Part shown: positions 1-13,105 of the stretch, in pieces | How the letters are laid out: every line of letters starts with the position of its first letter | Position numbering within the stretch: the stretch's first letter is position 1 | Source of the DNA: Pelagibacteraceae bacterium AG-333-C14 | GTDB lineage: Bacteria; Pseudomonadota; Alphaproteobacteria; Pelagibacterales; AG-422-B15 | Length of the DNA: 64,000 bases | Direction of reading: 5' to 3' | NCBI GenBank assembly: GCA_003282485.1 | Contig: QBZD01000001.1 | Span: 23,514-87,513, forward strand | Program-made: the position numbers and the translations under genes | The notes under the pieces: generated by a model | What the model was told of the DNA's origin: nothing | What the model saw: only the letters and a program-made list of their open reading frames with translations | The model's database searches: none

Positions 1-403
1 ATACAGTTTGAATTTCAGGGTTTGCATCCGCTATATACTGAGGAATCCACCATCCTTCTTCACCTGTGTCTGAAAATACTTCTGCTGCATAATGAAGTCT
101 TCCTTCCGCTGTTGCTGCATCAAGAGCAGTTCTTACAGCATTAATCCATAACTCAGGAGCAATATCTGGCTCACCTTTTTCCATCATAGACGTGGCTGTA
201 GGCATCGTAGCACCAGGAACTAGTTCTATTTCACAACCATATCCATTTTCGAGTACTACTTTGTCAATATGAGCAAACATTTCTGCTGATGCCCAGTCCA
301 TTTCAGCTACTGTAATTTTGCCACATGCGTTAGCTGTTGAGCTAAAAGCTCCAAAGCTCAAAGCAAAAACTGCGGAAAATAAAATTTTTCTAAAAATCAT
401 CAT
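1..403 (-). CDS. Glycine betaine/proline betaine-type ABC transporter substrate-binding protein (OpuAC/ProX-like). Only the N-terminal ~134 codons are present; the gene runs off the window.
   Basis: Not in the ORF track because it is truncated. Reverse-strand ATGATG at 403-398 opens MMIFRKILFSAVFALSFGAFSSTANACGKITVAEMDWASAEMF...MEKGEPDIAPELWINAV. This is a signal peptide followed by a pattern I associate with OpuAC-family binding proteins. It sits near betA. Confidence 0.5.
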   Translation of the reverse strand, partial: MMIFRKILFSAVFALSFGAFSSTANACGKITVAEMDWASAEMFAHIDKVVLENGYGCEIELVPGATMPTATSMMEKGEPDIAPELWINAVRTALDAATAEGRLHYAAEVFSDTGEEGWWIPQYIADANPEIQTV

Positions 404-503
404 TATTTTTCTCCAATTAATTTTTATAATCTTATAATTGAAACATATATCCAATCTACTATCTAGGCAAAAAGCTGATAATTTGTTTTTATTTTAAATA
501 ATA

Positions 504-1400
504 CTAAACTACTGATTTATATAATTTATTTCCAGCATATATCTCAATCAATGGAGCACTCATTACAAATACAGCTCCAATAAATTCCCTCATTGTAATA
601 ATTTCATTTGCTAGGAGATATGCAGATATAATGCCTATAACAACTTCGAACATCAGTAAAATTCCAGCCCTACCAGGATCTACTTGATCTTGGCCAAAAG
701 TAATAAGCCAATATCCAGGAAGCAACCAAATAAAAGCGAATATTAAAATTATTATATAAGTATTAGATATTATCTTAGTATTGAAACCTGTGAGCACTTG
801 TCCATCAGGCAAAAGAGTTGCAATGATAACAAATAATCCTCCAATGAGTATGAAGATTGAAGTCCCAAAGTTAACATCCAATTCCTTATTAATTCTGATT
901 ATAGTTGCACAAACTGACCACAAAAACCCAGAAGTTATACCGAATAAATCAGCGAGAGAAGTTGGCAAAATATTACCTTTGTCCAGCCCTGTTATAATAA
1001 AAAGACCAGTGAATCCGGCTGCTATGGAAAAGGCCCTATATATAGTTAAAGGAGTTCTTAAAAATACAATCTCAATAATTGTACTCCACACAGCTGTAAG
1101 ATAAAAAAATATTAAAATCCTTGCTACATTCCCACGTAATAATCCTTCATTGTATAGACACATTGCGGCCGCACCTGCGGTCGCTGCAACTATTGTAAGT
1201 ATTATATTTTTTTTTGTAAATAAATGTACGTTTCTTAGTGAAAAACTTAAAAGAAAAAAGCCAGCAAGCATAAAGCTTAATGTTAGTGGTATCGCATTAT
1301 TGTTTGCATACTCATTTAATAAACGCAAAGGATACCACCATGTGCCCCAAAGCAGAGTAGATAATACTATTGCTAAACTTGGATTTAAGTTTTTTAACAT
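504..1400 (-). CDS. DMT/EamA-family membrane transporter
   Basis: 298 aa with about 10 hydrophobic helices in two halves, the typical EamA duplication. No catalytic motifs. Confidence 0.55.
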   Translation of the reverse strand: MLKNLNPSLAIVLSTLLWGTWWYPLRLLNEYANNNAIPLTLSFMLAGFFLLSFSLRNVHLFTKKNIILTIVAATAGAAAMCLYNEGLLRGNVARILIFFYLTAVWSTIIEIVFLRTPLTIYRAFSIAAGFTGLFIITGLDKGNILPTSLADLFGITSGFLWSVCATIIRINKELDVNFGTSIFILIGGLFVIIATLLPDGQVLTGFNTKIISNTYIIILIFAFIWLLPGYWLITFGQDQVDPGRAGILLMFEVVIGIISAYLLANEIITMREFIGAVFVMSAPLIEIYAGNKLYKSVV

Positions 1401-1445
1401 TATCTAATGTTGTACTATAAATATAATGTTTGATAAAATCATTTC

Positions 1446-3038
1446 ATGAAATTAAATAACTTTGATTACATTATAATTGGAGCTGGTAGTGCTGGTTGTG
1501 TACTAGCCAATCGCCTTTCATCAAATAAAGCTATTAATGTCCTGCTAATAGAATCTGGACCTTCAGACAAGACTTGGAAGACCGCAATGCCTGCAGCACT
1601 GCTTTATACAATGCACGATCCAAAATATAATTATCTATATGAATCTGAGCCAGAGCCATTTATGCATAATAGGACTATGTTCTGCCCCAGGGGCAAGATG
1701 TTGGGAGGAAGTTCCTCACACAATGGCATGGTTCATGTAAGAGGCAATGCAAAAGATTTTGATAACTGGGGACAGTTGGGTTTAACAGATTGGACTTACG
1801 ATAAAGTTCTACCCTATTTTAAAAAATCTGAGTCAGTTGAGGGTTTAGACTCAAATTTTCGAGGAGAGTCGGGACCTTTGAAACTATCAAGATCCACAAA
1901 CGGTAATATTCTTAGTCAGGTTTATTTAAATGCCGCTCAACAAGCTGGATATCAAATCAATAATGATATGAACGGTGAAAGACAAGAAGGTTTTGGATTA
2001 ATGGATACAACTATTTTTAATGGAAAGAGGCAAAGTACAAGCGTTACGTATCTTCATCCAATAAAGCACAGATCTAACTTGGAGATATTAACAAACGTAA
2101 CTGTAAATAAGATACTATTTGAGAATAAAAAAGCTGTTGGGGTTGAATGCAAAGCAAATGGGGGAAATAAAAAGTATTTTTCAAGCAAAGAGGTACTTCT
2201 TTCTGCTGGGGCTATAAATTCACCTCAACTACTTATGCTTTCTGGAATTGGTCCAGAAAAAGAATTATCAAAATATAGCATTGAGCCAGTAGAGTGTTTG
2301 GAGGGAGTTGGGAAAAACTTGCAAGACCATCTTGAAACCTATGTTCAATATAAATGTAAAAAGCCTGTAACACTGCACAGTGCTCAGAACCTATTTAAAA
2401 TGGCATTGATAGGTGCTGAATGGTTTTTGTTTAAGACGGGCGTTGCTGCACATTCTAATCTAGAAACAGGTGGATTTGTGAGAAGCAATGAAATGTCTGA
2501 TTATCCAAATATGCAATTCCATTTTTTTCCATCTTTAGTTTTAGATCATGGTAGAAAGAGCTCTACCTGCCATGCTTTTCAAGCGCATGTTGGACCGATG
2601 CGACCTACTAGCAGGGGATCAGTAAAATTAAAATCAGCTAATCCAAACGATGCGCCTTCAATCCAATTCAATTACATGCAAACTGAACATGATCTTAGAG
2701 AAATGCGAGAAGGAATAAAAATTGCAAGGGAGATATTTAATCAAAAAGAATTTGATGAATATAGAGGAGAAGAAATCTCACCAGGAAGCGATATAAACAA
2801 TGATGAAGATCTGAATAATTTTATAAGAGATAAAGGAGATACTGCATACCATCCATCATGTACGTGTAAAATGGGTAAAGATAATTTATCAGTTGTAGAC
2901 GAGGAACTGAAAGTATACGGAATAGATGGATTGAGAGTCATAGATGCATCGATTATGCCTAATATTATTACAGGTAATCTGAACGCATCAACAGTAATGA
3001 TTGCTGAAAAGGCGTCTGACTCAATTATAAATAATTAA
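1446..3038 (+). CDS. betA: GMC-family FAD oxidoreductase, probable choline dehydrogenase
   Basis: N-terminal FAD fold FDYIIIGAGSAGCVLANRLS, GMC signature region GKMLGGSSSHNGMVHVRG, and C-terminal YHPSCTCKMG...LRVIDASIMP. Context is next to a betaine-type binding protein. Confidence 0.8.
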   Translation: MKLNNFDYIIIGAGSAGCVLANRLSSNKAINVLLIESGPSDKTWKTAMPAALLYTMHDPKYNYLYESEPEPFMHNRTMFCPRGKMLGGSSSHNGMVHVRGNAKDFDNWGQLGLTDWTYDKVLPYFKKSESVEGLDSNFRGESGPLKLSRSTNGNILSQVYLNAAQQAGYQINNDMNGERQEGFGLMDTTIFNGKRQSTSVTYLHPIKHRSNLEILTNVTVNKILFENKKAVGVECKANGGNKKYFSSKEVLLSAGAINSPQLLMLSGIGPEKELSKYSIEPVECLEGVGKNLQDHLETYVQYKCKKPVTLHSAQNLFKMALIGAEWFLFKTGVAAHSNLETGGFVRSNEMSDYPNMQFHFFPSLVLDHGRKSSTCHAFQAHVGPMRPTSRGSVKLKSANPNDAPSIQFNYMQTEHDLREMREGIKIAREIFNQKEFDEYRGEEISPGSDINNDEDLNNFIRDKGDTAYHPSCTCKMGKDNLSVVDEELKVYGIDGLRVIDASIMPNIITGNLNASTVMIAEKASDSIINN

Positions 3039-3307
3039 TTAATTTCAGTAATAATTTGGTTTTTCTTAGAGTCATAAATGTATACCGAACCATCAAAACA
3101 TTTAAGCAATATTTTTTGATCTTCGAGTTTAATAACATCTTCGATACCTGATGTTCCACATATACTATGAAATTCAGTATCAGTAATATTTTCGAAAAAA
3201 TCTACATTTCTTGATCTTTCAATAACTGTTGTGATTACCACGGTTGTACCAACAATAATTAAAAATCCTAAAAAAATAACTATGAATAGTAATATTCTCT
3301 GGTTCAT
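3035..3307 (-). CDS. Hypothetical small membrane-anchored protein
   Basis: 90 aa with one N-terminal TM helix (ILLFIVIFLGFLIIVGTTVVITTVI) and a soluble tail. Its stop overlaps the betA stop by 4 nt. No recognisable family. Confidence 0.4.
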   Translation of the reverse strand: MNQRILLFIVIFLGFLIIVGTTVVITTVIERSRNVDFFENITDTEFHSICGTSGIEDVIKLEDQKILLKCFDGSVYIYDSKKNQIITEIN

Positions 3308-3321
3308 TTAAAATACTATTA

Positions 3322-4293
3322 ATGATCTATGAATATAAAGTCAATAATATCAAGTATAACGGGTTAAGACTTGATAAATACATTTCATTAGAACTGACTC
3401 ATCTGAGTCGATCAAAAATTAAGCTTTTAATAAATAATAAAATGGTACTAGTGAATGGCAAAAAGGAAGATCCGGACTATAAAATTTCTTTTAAAGATAA
3501 AATTAAAGTTACAGAAGAAATTAAAAATGAAACTTCTTTAAAAAGTGAAAAAATTGACCTTAACGTTGTTTACGAAGATGAAGATTTAATAGTAATTGAT
3601 AAACCTGCTGGCATCGTAATGCATCCGGGTGCCGGCAATAAATCAGGTACCATTGTAAATGCTTTAATCAACCATTGTGGAAATAGTTTGAAATTTGTAG
3701 GAGATTCCCAAAGACCTGGGATAGTTCACAGAATAGATAAAGATACAAGTGGACTAGTTGTAGTGGCAAAAAATGACTTCAGTCATCAACACCTTTCACT
3801 TCAATTTGCCGACCACTCTATTAGAAGAGAATATATAGCTGTCTGCTGGGGGTCAATTAAACCTGCAAGTGGAAAAATATCGTCTTTAATTTCAAGAAGT
3901 AATAAAAATAGAACAAAAATGATGAGCTCTAAGATAAAGGGTAAAGAAGCAATAACGAATTATAAAACCATTGAAAATTTAAAAACTAGTAAAGGCAATA
4001 CAATTGCAAGTGTAATTGAATGTAAGCTTCATACTGGCAGAACTCATCAAATTAGAGTTCATATGACTGATAAGGGACATCCTCTCATAGGAGATAAGGC
4101 GTATGGAAGGTCCCCCCAAAGTAAACTGAAACAATTATCAGATAGTGCAATTTCTGCAATTAATGCACTGCCAGGGCAAGCTTTGCATGCCAAGAGTCTT
4201 GGCTTTGTTCATCCTCAAAAAGAAAAAATTCAATTATTTCAGTCTGTTATCCCAGATTACTTGAGCAATTTAATAAATTCTATTAAAAGCTGA
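3322..4293 (+). CDS. rluD: 23S rRNA pseudouridine synthase, RluA/RluD family
   Basis: S4-like N-terminus, catalytic HRIDKDTSGLVVVAK motif and C-terminal TGRTHQIRVH motif. Confidence 0.85.
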   Translation: MIYEYKVNNIKYNGLRLDKYISLELTHLSRSKIKLLINNKMVLVNGKKEDPDYKISFKDKIKVTEEIKNETSLKSEKIDLNVVYEDEDLIVIDKPAGIVMHPGAGNKSGTIVNALINHCGNSLKFVGDSQRPGIVHRIDKDTSGLVVVAKNDFSHQHLSLQFADHSIRREYIAVCWGSIKPASGKISSLISRSNKNRTKMMSSKIKGKEAITNYKTIENLKTSKGNTIASVIECKLHTGRTHQIRVHMTDKGHPLIGDKAYGRSPQSKLKQLSDSAISAINALPGQALHAKSLGFVHPQKEKIQLFQSVIPDYLSNLINSIKS

Positions 4294-4330
4294 GCATTGA
4301 AAATAAGCATATAAGTACCATATTTAATAT

Positions 4331-6504
<2,174 letters not shown>

Positions 6505-6516
6505 TTATCCTAAATA

Positions 6517-7851
6517 TTAAGAAAAATATTTTGTAACGTTTTCAGTTAATTCATCAATTTTAATCTGACTTTTACACTCTATCATAACTCTCAAAAGTGG
6601 TTCAGTACCAGACATTCTAACAACGATTCTACCTTCACCTGCAACTTCTTCCTCACACTTTTTAATAAAATTCTTAGTTTCATCACTTTCCAAAATATCC
6701 TTATTTTTAACTTCAAAATTAACTAGGTTTTGGGGATGTGGCATAAATAAATTAAGAATTTCACCAGCTTGTTTTTCTTTTTGCATAATAATTGCGAGTA
6801 CTTGTAGGGCAACAATGATTCCATCACCAGAGGATGTATAATCCCTCATAATAATATGACCTGATTGCTCTCCACCTAAATTTAAACCTTCATGTATCAT
6901 TTTTTCTTTAACATACCTATCACCAACATTTGCTCTAACTAATTCAATGTTATTTTCATTGAGTAGGTTTTCTAACCCTATATTGGTCATTGACGTTCCA
7001 ACGACTTTATTTTTTTGGAGTAAGTTTTTTTTGCTCAAATCTAATGCTAGCAGCGCAAGGATTTGGTCACCATTAATGACATTTCCTTTTTCATCAACTA
7101 TTGCTAATCGGTCACCATCTCCATCTAATGCAATTCCTATATCAGCATTTTCTTCTAATACAGTTTTTACCAATAAATCTGTATTAGTTGAACCGCACTT
7201 GTCATTGATATTTATTCCATTCGGTTGAGTTCCAATTTGAATGACCTCTGCTCCTAACTCCCACAAAATTAGAGGAGCTGATATATATGAAGCACCATGG
7301 GCACAATCAACAACAATTTTTAATCCATCAAGGCGTTGGGTCTTTGGAAATGTATTTTTTAAATATTCTATGTACCTGCCATTTGCGTCTTCTAATCTTT
7401 GAGCTCTCCCTATATTTTCAGGCTTAGCTAGTAACTCTTCAAGTTTACTTTCCATCAGGTTTTCTATCTCTAGTTCTGTCTCATCAGAGAGCTTGTTGCC
7501 AAGTCTATCAAATATTTTTAAACCGTTATCTTGATATTGATTATGAGATGCCGTGATCATTATTCCAAGATCAGCTCGCATTGAATTTGTTAACATTGAG
7601 ACTGCGGGAGTTGGAATCGGACCAAATAAGAAAACATCCATGCCCATTGAAAGCAAACCAGATGTTAAAGCTTGTTCAATCATATAACCAGAAAGTCTGG
7701 TATCTTTTCCAATAACAACCTTATGCCTGTGATCTCCTTTGGTAAAATATTTCCCTAGTGCCATTCCTAGATTTATTAGGGAAGGTCCATTTAATTTATC
7801 ACTATTAGAGCTTGCTCTAATTCCATCTGTTCCAAAATATTTTTTTTTCAT
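6517..7851 (-). CDS. glmM: Phosphoglucosamine mutase
   Basis: YFGTDGIR start, active-site TASHNQYQDNGLK (phosphoserine loop), DGDGDR metal loop and GEQSGH sugar loop. Confidence 0.95.
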   Translation of the reverse strand: MKKKYFGTDGIRASSNSDKLNGPSLINLGMALGKYFTKGDHRHKVVIGKDTRLSGYMIEQALTSGLLSMGMDVFLFGPIPTPAVSMLTNSMRADLGIMITASHNQYQDNGLKIFDRLGNKLSDETELEIENLMESKLEELLAKPENIGRAQRLEDANGRYIEYLKNTFPKTQRLDGLKIVVDCAHGASYISAPLILWELGAEVIQIGTQPNGININDKCGSTNTDLLVKTVLEENADIGIALDGDGDRLAIVDEKGNVINGDQILALLALDLSKKNLLQKNKVVGTSMTNIGLENLLNENNIELVRANVGDRYVKEKMIHEGLNLGGEQSGHIIMRDYTSSGDGIIVALQVLAIIMQKEKQAGEILNLFMPHPQNLVNFEVKNKDILESDETKNFIKKCEEEVAGEGRIVVRMSGTEPLLRVMIECKSQIKIDELTENVTKYFS

Positions 7852-8903
7852 AATAATTTCGAATAGACTTTTATTGCCTGATTCGTCTCATATACGTCAT
7901 GTACTCGGAATAATTGCACACCTTGAGACAAACCGTATAAGACAGAAGCTATCGATCCCCCTGTACGATCTTCGTATAATTCATTTTTTTGCATCTTTCC
8001 AATAAAACTTTTTCTCGAACTGCCCAACATCACTGGTAAGCCAAGTGAATGAAGTAAACTAATCTTTTTAATAAGTTTCAAATTTTGTTTCAAAGTCTTA
8101 CCAAAGCCAATGCCTGGATCGATTATAATTTTATTTTCAGATATACCTTTTAATTTACATTTTCTTATTTGATTTTCTAGAAAATCATAAACATCAAGCA
8201 GAACATCTTTATATTTAATTGAATTTTGCATTTTTGCAGGATTAGAAATTGAATGCATTATAACAAAGGGAATTTTAGAATTATTTAAAAAATCTGTGAC
8301 TTTACTATCATACCTTAATCCCGAGACATCATTAATAAAATCAATATTATATTTCATAACAGCTTTCATCACAGCAGATTTTCTTGTGTCAACAGAAATT
8401 AAAGAACTTTCTGACTTACTTTTAATTAGATCTATAACCGGTATTATTCTTTGAATCTCTTTTTGAGTTGGTACTGTTTTTGATCCAGGCCGTGTAGACT
8501 CTCCACCAATGTCAATTATAACAGCACCCTCTTTCTTTAACTTTTGATATTGGGCATATGCATCATCAATTGATAAAAATTTTCCTCCATCTGAAAAACT
8601 ATCTGGGGTAACATTTAATATTCCCATTATTGAGGGTTTATTAAAATCTATGCTTTTAATTTTCTTTCTAGTCTTTGTTATTTTTTTTAATTGAATTTTG
8701 ATGGTCTTACTAATGTCCCTAGGTAGTCCTGTGACCTCTTTTAAATGAAGATATTTTGACGATATATCTTTTCCATTTCTTGTAATTAATTCAATTTTAT
8801 CAAAATAAAGTCTAGATGATCCAAGGCAAAGGGAGTCTTTGTTTTTAATATTATTTAGTATTGGCCTGACGTAATGCTTAACAAGTTTACGCACAGCAGT
8901 CAT
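7848..8903 (-). CDS. folP: Dihydropteroate synthase, with an alpha-proteobacterial-type N-terminal extension of about 85 aa
   Basis: IMGILNVTPDSFSDGG, IIDIGGESTRPG, and the pterin-binding C-terminal GSSRKSFIG motif. Confidence 0.9.
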   Translation of the reverse strand: MTAVRKLVKHYVRPILNNIKNKDSLCLGSSRLYFDKIELITRNGKDISSKYLHLKEVTGLPRDISKTIKIQLKKITKTRKKIKSIDFNKPSIMGILNVTPDSFSDGGKFLSIDDAYAQYQKLKKEGAVIIDIGGESTRPGSKTVPTQKEIQRIIPVIDLIKSKSESSLISVDTRKSAVMKAVMKYNIDFINDVSGLRYDSKVTDFLNNSKIPFVIMHSISNPAKMQNSIKYKDVLLDVYDFLENQIRKCKLKGISENKIIIDPGIGFGKTLKQNLKLIKKISLLHSLGLPVMLGSSRKSFIGKMQKNELYEDRTGGSIASVLYGLSQGVQLFRVHDVYETNQAIKVYSKLL

Positions 8904-8915
8904 ATTTATTTCAAC

Positions 8916-10826
8916 TTAACTGGTCTGAGGTTTAGGCTTGAATCCAGGAACGACTGTTGAAGGCTTCCCACTTTTGGGTACAGATGGACCAGCGTTATTA
9001 ATTTCTTCTTCTGGGTTTGGTCTATCAATTTTGCCATCTTTAAGAAGTGACAATATTTCATCTCCATTCAAAGTTTCATATTCAATCAAGCCTTTTGCGA
9101 GAGCATGAAGATCATTTATTTTCTCAGTTAGAATCTTTCTTGCAAGATCATAACAAGTATCGACAATTATCCTAATTTCAGAATCAATTAACCTTGCTGT
9201 ATCTTCTGATACATTTTGATGCTTTTGAACTGACCTACCTAGGAAAACTTCTTCTTCATTTTCACTATACTGAAGTGGTCCTAATTTTTCACTCATCCCA
9301 TATTTAGTGACCATGTTTCTTGCCATCTTAGTTGCCATTTCAATATCAGAAGATGCGCCAGATGTTACCTTGTCATCCCCAAAGATTATTTCTTCTGCAA
9401 CTCTCCCTCCCATAGCAACGGTAATATCAGCAAGCATTTTTTCTCTTGCCATTGATAACTGATCTCTTTCAGGTAATCTCATCACCATTCCTAAGGCCCT
9501 GCCGCGAGGTATTATTGTTGCCTTGTGAATTGGATCAGATGCAGGTTGATTTAAAGCAACAATAGCATGACCACCTTCGTGGTAAGCTGTTAATTCCTTT
9601 TCATCCTGACTCATAACAAGCGATCTTCTCTCTGAACCCATCATGACTTTATCTTTAGCCTCTTCAAAATCTACCATCGTTACAATTTTCTTGTTTTTTC
9701 TTGCCGCGAGCAAAGCAGACTCATTGACAATGTTAGCAAGGTCGGCACCAGAAAATCCAGGAGTTCCTCTCGCTATTGTTCTAATGTCAACATCAGGAGC
9801 AACTGATATTTTTTTTATATGAACTTTCAGGATTGCTTCTCTGCCCATAATATCGGGATTTGGAACCACTACCTGTCGATCAAATCTACCAGGTCTAAGT
9901 AACGCGGGGTCTAATACATCAGGTCTGTTTGTTGCAGCAACTAGTATAATACCTTCTTGGGTATCAAAGCCATCCATTTCAACAAGAATTTGATTCAACG
10001 TTTGCTCTCTCTCATCATTACCACCACCAAGGCCTGCTCCACGACTTCTTCCTACAGCATCAATTTCATCGATAAATATTATACATGGAGAATTTCTTCT
10101 TCCTTGCTCAAACATGTCTCGAACTCTTGAAGCACCAACGCCAACAAACATTTCTACAAAGTCAGAACCTGAAATTGTAAAAAATGGAACACCAGCTTCT
10201 CCTGCAACGGCTCTTGCTAAGAGCGTTTTTCCTGTTCCTGGAGGTCCGATTAGTAATGCACCTTTTGGAATTCTTCCACCAAGCTTTTGAAATTTTCTTG
10301 GGTCTTTAAGGAAGTCGACAATCTCAACAAGCTCTTCCTTTGCTTCGTCAATACCTGCTACATCATTAAAAGTTACCTTATTTTTATTTTCAGTTAAAAG
10401 TTTTGCCTTAGATCTACCAAAACCCATTGCTCCACCTCTACCACCTTGCATTTGTCTCATGAAGAAAATCCATACGCCAATAAGCAATAGCATAGGGAAC
10501 CATGAAATAAGTACTCCCAGAAGTGAAGGATAACCATCGTCAAGAGGTGCAGCAGAAATATTAACACCTCTATCATTTAACCTGTCCACAAGCGTAGGAT
10601 CATTTGCGGCATAAGTCTTGAATGACCGGCCATCATCAAATGAACCATTAATATTATTTCCTCTTATGACCACATCTTTGACTGATCCAGCCTCAACTTC
10701 ATCAAGAAATTGAGAATATGTAAGGTCTATTATATTTCTTTCACCACTGGTGTTGCTAAAGAGATTAAATAAGCCAAAAACGATAAGGGCGATAAATACC
10801 CACAATGTAATATTTCTGAAATTCAT
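8916..10826 (-). CDS. ftsH: ATP-dependent zinc metalloprotease FtsH
   Basis: N-terminal TM pair, Walker A GPPGTGKT, Walker [12 protein letters not shown] region and HEGGHA zinc site. Confidence 0.97.
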   Translation of the reverse strand: MNFRNITLWVFIALIVFGLFNLFSNTSGERNIIDLTYSQFLDEVEAGSVKDVVIRGNNINGSFDDGRSFKTYAANDPTLVDRLNDRGVNISAAPLDDGYPSLLGVLISWFPMLLLIGVWIFFMRQMQGGRGGAMGFGRSKAKLLTENKNKVTFNDVAGIDEAKEELVEIVDFLKDPRKFQKLGGRIPKGALLIGPPGTGKTLLARAVAGEAGVPFFTISGSDFVEMFVGVGASRVRDMFEQGRRNSPCIIFIDEIDAVGRSRGAGLGGGNDEREQTLNQILVEMDGFDTQEGIILVAATNRPDVLDPALLRPGRFDRQVVVPNPDIMGREAILKVHIKKISVAPDVDIRTIARGTPGFSGADLANIVNESALLAARKNKKIVTMVDFEEAKDKVMMGSERRSLVMSQDEKELTAYHEGGHAIVALNQPASDPIHKATIIPRGRALGMVMRLPERDQLSMAREKMLADITVAMGGRVAEEIIFGDDKVTSGASSDIEMATKMARNMVTKYGMSEKLGPLQYSENEEEVFLGRSVQKHQNVSEDTARLIDSEIRIIVDTCYDLARKILTEKINDLHALAKGLIEYETLNGDEILSLLKDGKIDRPNPEEEINNAGPSVPKSGKPSTVVPGFKPKPQTS

Positions 10827-10923
10827 TTTTTATATTTTGTTATTAATATTAAATAATTACTATTTTACGTCATGCAAGAAAAGAAAGGTATAAATTTTAA
10901 CAATATATTTCAATTGTTTAACA

Positions 10924-12015
10924 CTAATAATGCTCTATTAATTTCGGCCAATCCTTATTTTCAAGGATAACTTGGAAATTTTGGCCTGAAAGTGGGCTTC
11001 TTCTTTTCTCTTTTGATATTAAAATTTCATCACGTTTAGCAACAAATATGCAGCCATTTAAAGTGTGACTTCTAAAGTTACCGGTATTGATCTTAGCAAT
11101 AAGACTTTGCAATGACTTTGATCTGGGTACTTTGTCCTTGTTGCCTACAAGACGACATAATTTATTAATAATACGGTATTGTACCTCAACTGGTGCCTTT
11201 TTGAATATTTTAGTCTTAACCTTTAAAGTGCTTCTTCCTTCAAGCGATACGCTTTTCTTTAAGTAATTATTAACTAATACAATGATTGCTTCATCTGCTT
11301 TTTTTAAATTTTGTATAACTTCTAATATTCTTTTCTTGTCTAACCCTTCATTAATTAGGTTTTCAGCAATACCTCTGATACGAGATCTGTCATACTTCAT
11401 ATTTTGATTAGTGTTATCATAAAGATAAGATTGCTTTATTGTTGCTAAATATTTAATCAGAGATTTCTTTGAATATTTCAATAAAGGTCTAATAATATTA
11501 ATCTCACCTTCTTTATACTTAGAAACAGGCTTTAAAGACGATAAACCTTTTATTCCGCTCCCTCTAATTAACCTCATCAAAAATGTTTCAATTTCGTCAT
11601 CTAGATGATGGGCAGTTAATAAAAATCTAAATTTATTTTTTTTACAAACGTCTATTAATAATTCATAGCGATATTTTCTAGCTTTAGAAAGTGTATTAGA
11701 GTGACTTATTTTTTTAATAACTTTTTTTGACACAAAGCTTACTTTTTCTTTTTTCATAAGCTTCTTAATCCATTCAATTTCTTTTGACGAGTCTTCACGC
11801 AATTTATGATCTATAGAAACAGCTATAAATTTTAAATTATTTTTTTTAGCAAAATTTTTAGCCAGGTATAAAAGCGCTAAACTATCTGGGCCACCTGAAA
11901 GAGCGACGACAAAGCTTGAATTTATACCAAGAAGCTTGAGTTGTTTTTCAAAATCTGCATCAGTGATCTTCTTTATATCTTTATAATTGATTGGCTTAAC
12001 TAATTTCACAGCCAT
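10924..12015 (-). CDS. tilS: tRNA(Ile)-lysidine synthase
   Basis: PP-loop SGGPDS near the N-terminus, followed by the HHLDD motif. Located beside ftsH, as in many bacteria. Confidence 0.85.
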   Translation of the reverse strand: MAVKLVKPINYKDIKKITDADFEKQLKLLGINSSFVVALSGGPDSLALLYLAKNFAKKNNLKFIAVSIDHKLREDSSKEIEWIKKLMKKEKVSFVSKKVIKKISHSNTLSKARKYRYELLIDVCKKNKFRFLLTAHHLDDEIETFLMRLIRGSGIKGLSSLKPVSKYKEGEINIIRPLLKYSKKSLIKYLATIKQSYLYDNTNQNMKYDRSRIRGIAENLINEGLDKKRILEVIQNLKKADEAIIVLVNNYLKKSVSLEGRSTLKVKTKIFKKAPVEVQYRIINKLCRLVGNKDKVPRSKSLQSLIAKINTGNFRSHTLNGCIFVAKRDEILISKEKRRSPLSGQNFQVILENKDWPKLIEHY

Positions 12016-13033
12016 TTCTTTTTAATTCTAGATTGCTTCTATCAATGATTGTGGGATTAGCCTCAGGGTATGACTCTTGCAGTTGCATAAATGTCATGCA
12101 CCCCTGTTCTTTTTGTTGCATGTTCACTAATGAAATTCCAAGCTTCAATAGAGCATCAGGCGCTTTATTTGCATTTGGATAAGTTTGATAGAGACTCAAA
12201 TAATTTTTAGCAGCATCTTTATAATTTTCTCTAACATAATAAGTTTCAGCTAGCCAAAAATGGGAATTGCTTAAATAATCTTTATCGTCTCCAATAGAAA
12301 TAAATTCTGTAAATGCTTTTTCTGCTGTTTCGTAGTCACCTTGCTTAAGTAAACTAATGGCATATTCATACTGACTTTCTTCATCACTTTCTGGAAGTAT
12401 CAATAAAGGTATTTTTTGTTCACCAAGGGATACGATGTTATCTTGAGATATTGTATTGATAATTTGTTGCTCCTCACCATCATTATCAATCTTTACTTCA
12501 AAAGGTGAATTTTCTTCTACAGGCAAACTAGTCATATTTATAGTTCCAAGTGATTTAGGCTCTAAATCTAGCTCATCTTCATTAGCAGCAAACATTTCGC
12601 TTTGCATAACACTTAAAGTATCAGTTTTATTGTTATTTTGAACTTTTTCTATATTCTCTGCTTTTGTATTTAGATCAGTAAATCGAAATTCTGCATCTTC
12701 TTTAAATGTATTAAAATTATTTACTGTTGATTGCATTGTAAAAATCATTTCTTCAATTTGGGCTGTTAAAGATTGAATTTCATTCTGAAGTTCGGCTATT
12801 TGAATTGATTGTTTTGCAATAATTGATTGATAATCATCAAGGCTTAAATTATTTGATTGACTAGAAGTTGTATTATTGAAAGTTGCTTTTTCAAGAACCT
12901 TTATTCTACTTTCTATAGTTTCTAACTTTTCAAGAAGTTTATTTAATGGAATCTCTTCAGCATGGAGAATTGAATTAGATGAAGCAAGAACTATCAAGGT
13001 AGCAAAACAATAAAGATACAGTTTATTAATCAT
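11996..13033 (-). CDS. cpoB: Tol-Pal system protein CpoB/YbgF (coiled coil plus TPR)
   Basis: Signal peptide, long coiled-coil N-terminal half and C-terminal TPR-like repeats (YEYAISLLKQGDYETAEKAF..., HFWLAETYYVRENYKDAAKNY...). Lies immediately downstream of pal. Confidence 0.7.
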   Translation of the reverse strand: MINKLYLYCFATLIVLASSNSILHAEEIPLNKLLEKLETIESRIKVLEKATFNNTTSSQSNNLSLDDYQSIIAKQSIQIAELQNEIQSLTAQIEEMIFTMQSTVNNFNTFKEDAEFRFTDLNTKAENIEKVQNNNKTDTLSVMQSEMFAANEDELDLEPKSLGTINMTSLPVEENSPFEVKIDNDGEEQQIINTISQDNIVSLGEQKIPLLILPESDEESQYEYAISLLKQGDYETAEKAFTEFISIGDDKDYLSNSHFWLAETYYVRENYKDAAKNYLSLYQTYPNANKAPDALLKLGISLVNMQQKEQGCMTFMQLQESYPEANPTIIDRSNLELKRNGCEIS

Positions 13034-13105
13034 AAAAATAAATATTTTTTATCAGCCTAGACTTATCTTTTGTCTAAATAAAGGCGTGAATAACTAAATA
13101 TCTAT

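Noticed and set aside
1155-1195. A locally GC-rich patch containing GCGGCCGC (cattgcggccgcacctgcggtcgctgc) in very AT-rich surroundings. It could be a possible motif or insertion scar.
   Set aside because: It encodes an Ala/Gly-rich transmembrane segment (AATAGAAAM) of the DMT transporter on the minus strand, so it is fully explained by coding constraints.
7848-8903. FolP is about 70-85 aa longer at the N-terminus than the E. coli-type enzyme, which could indicate a fusion or a novel domain.
   Set aside because: From memory, an N-terminal extension beginning Y.RP and containing a conserved Gly/Phe/Glu region is common in alphaproteobacterial DHPS annotations. It is therefore probably lineage-typical rather than novel.
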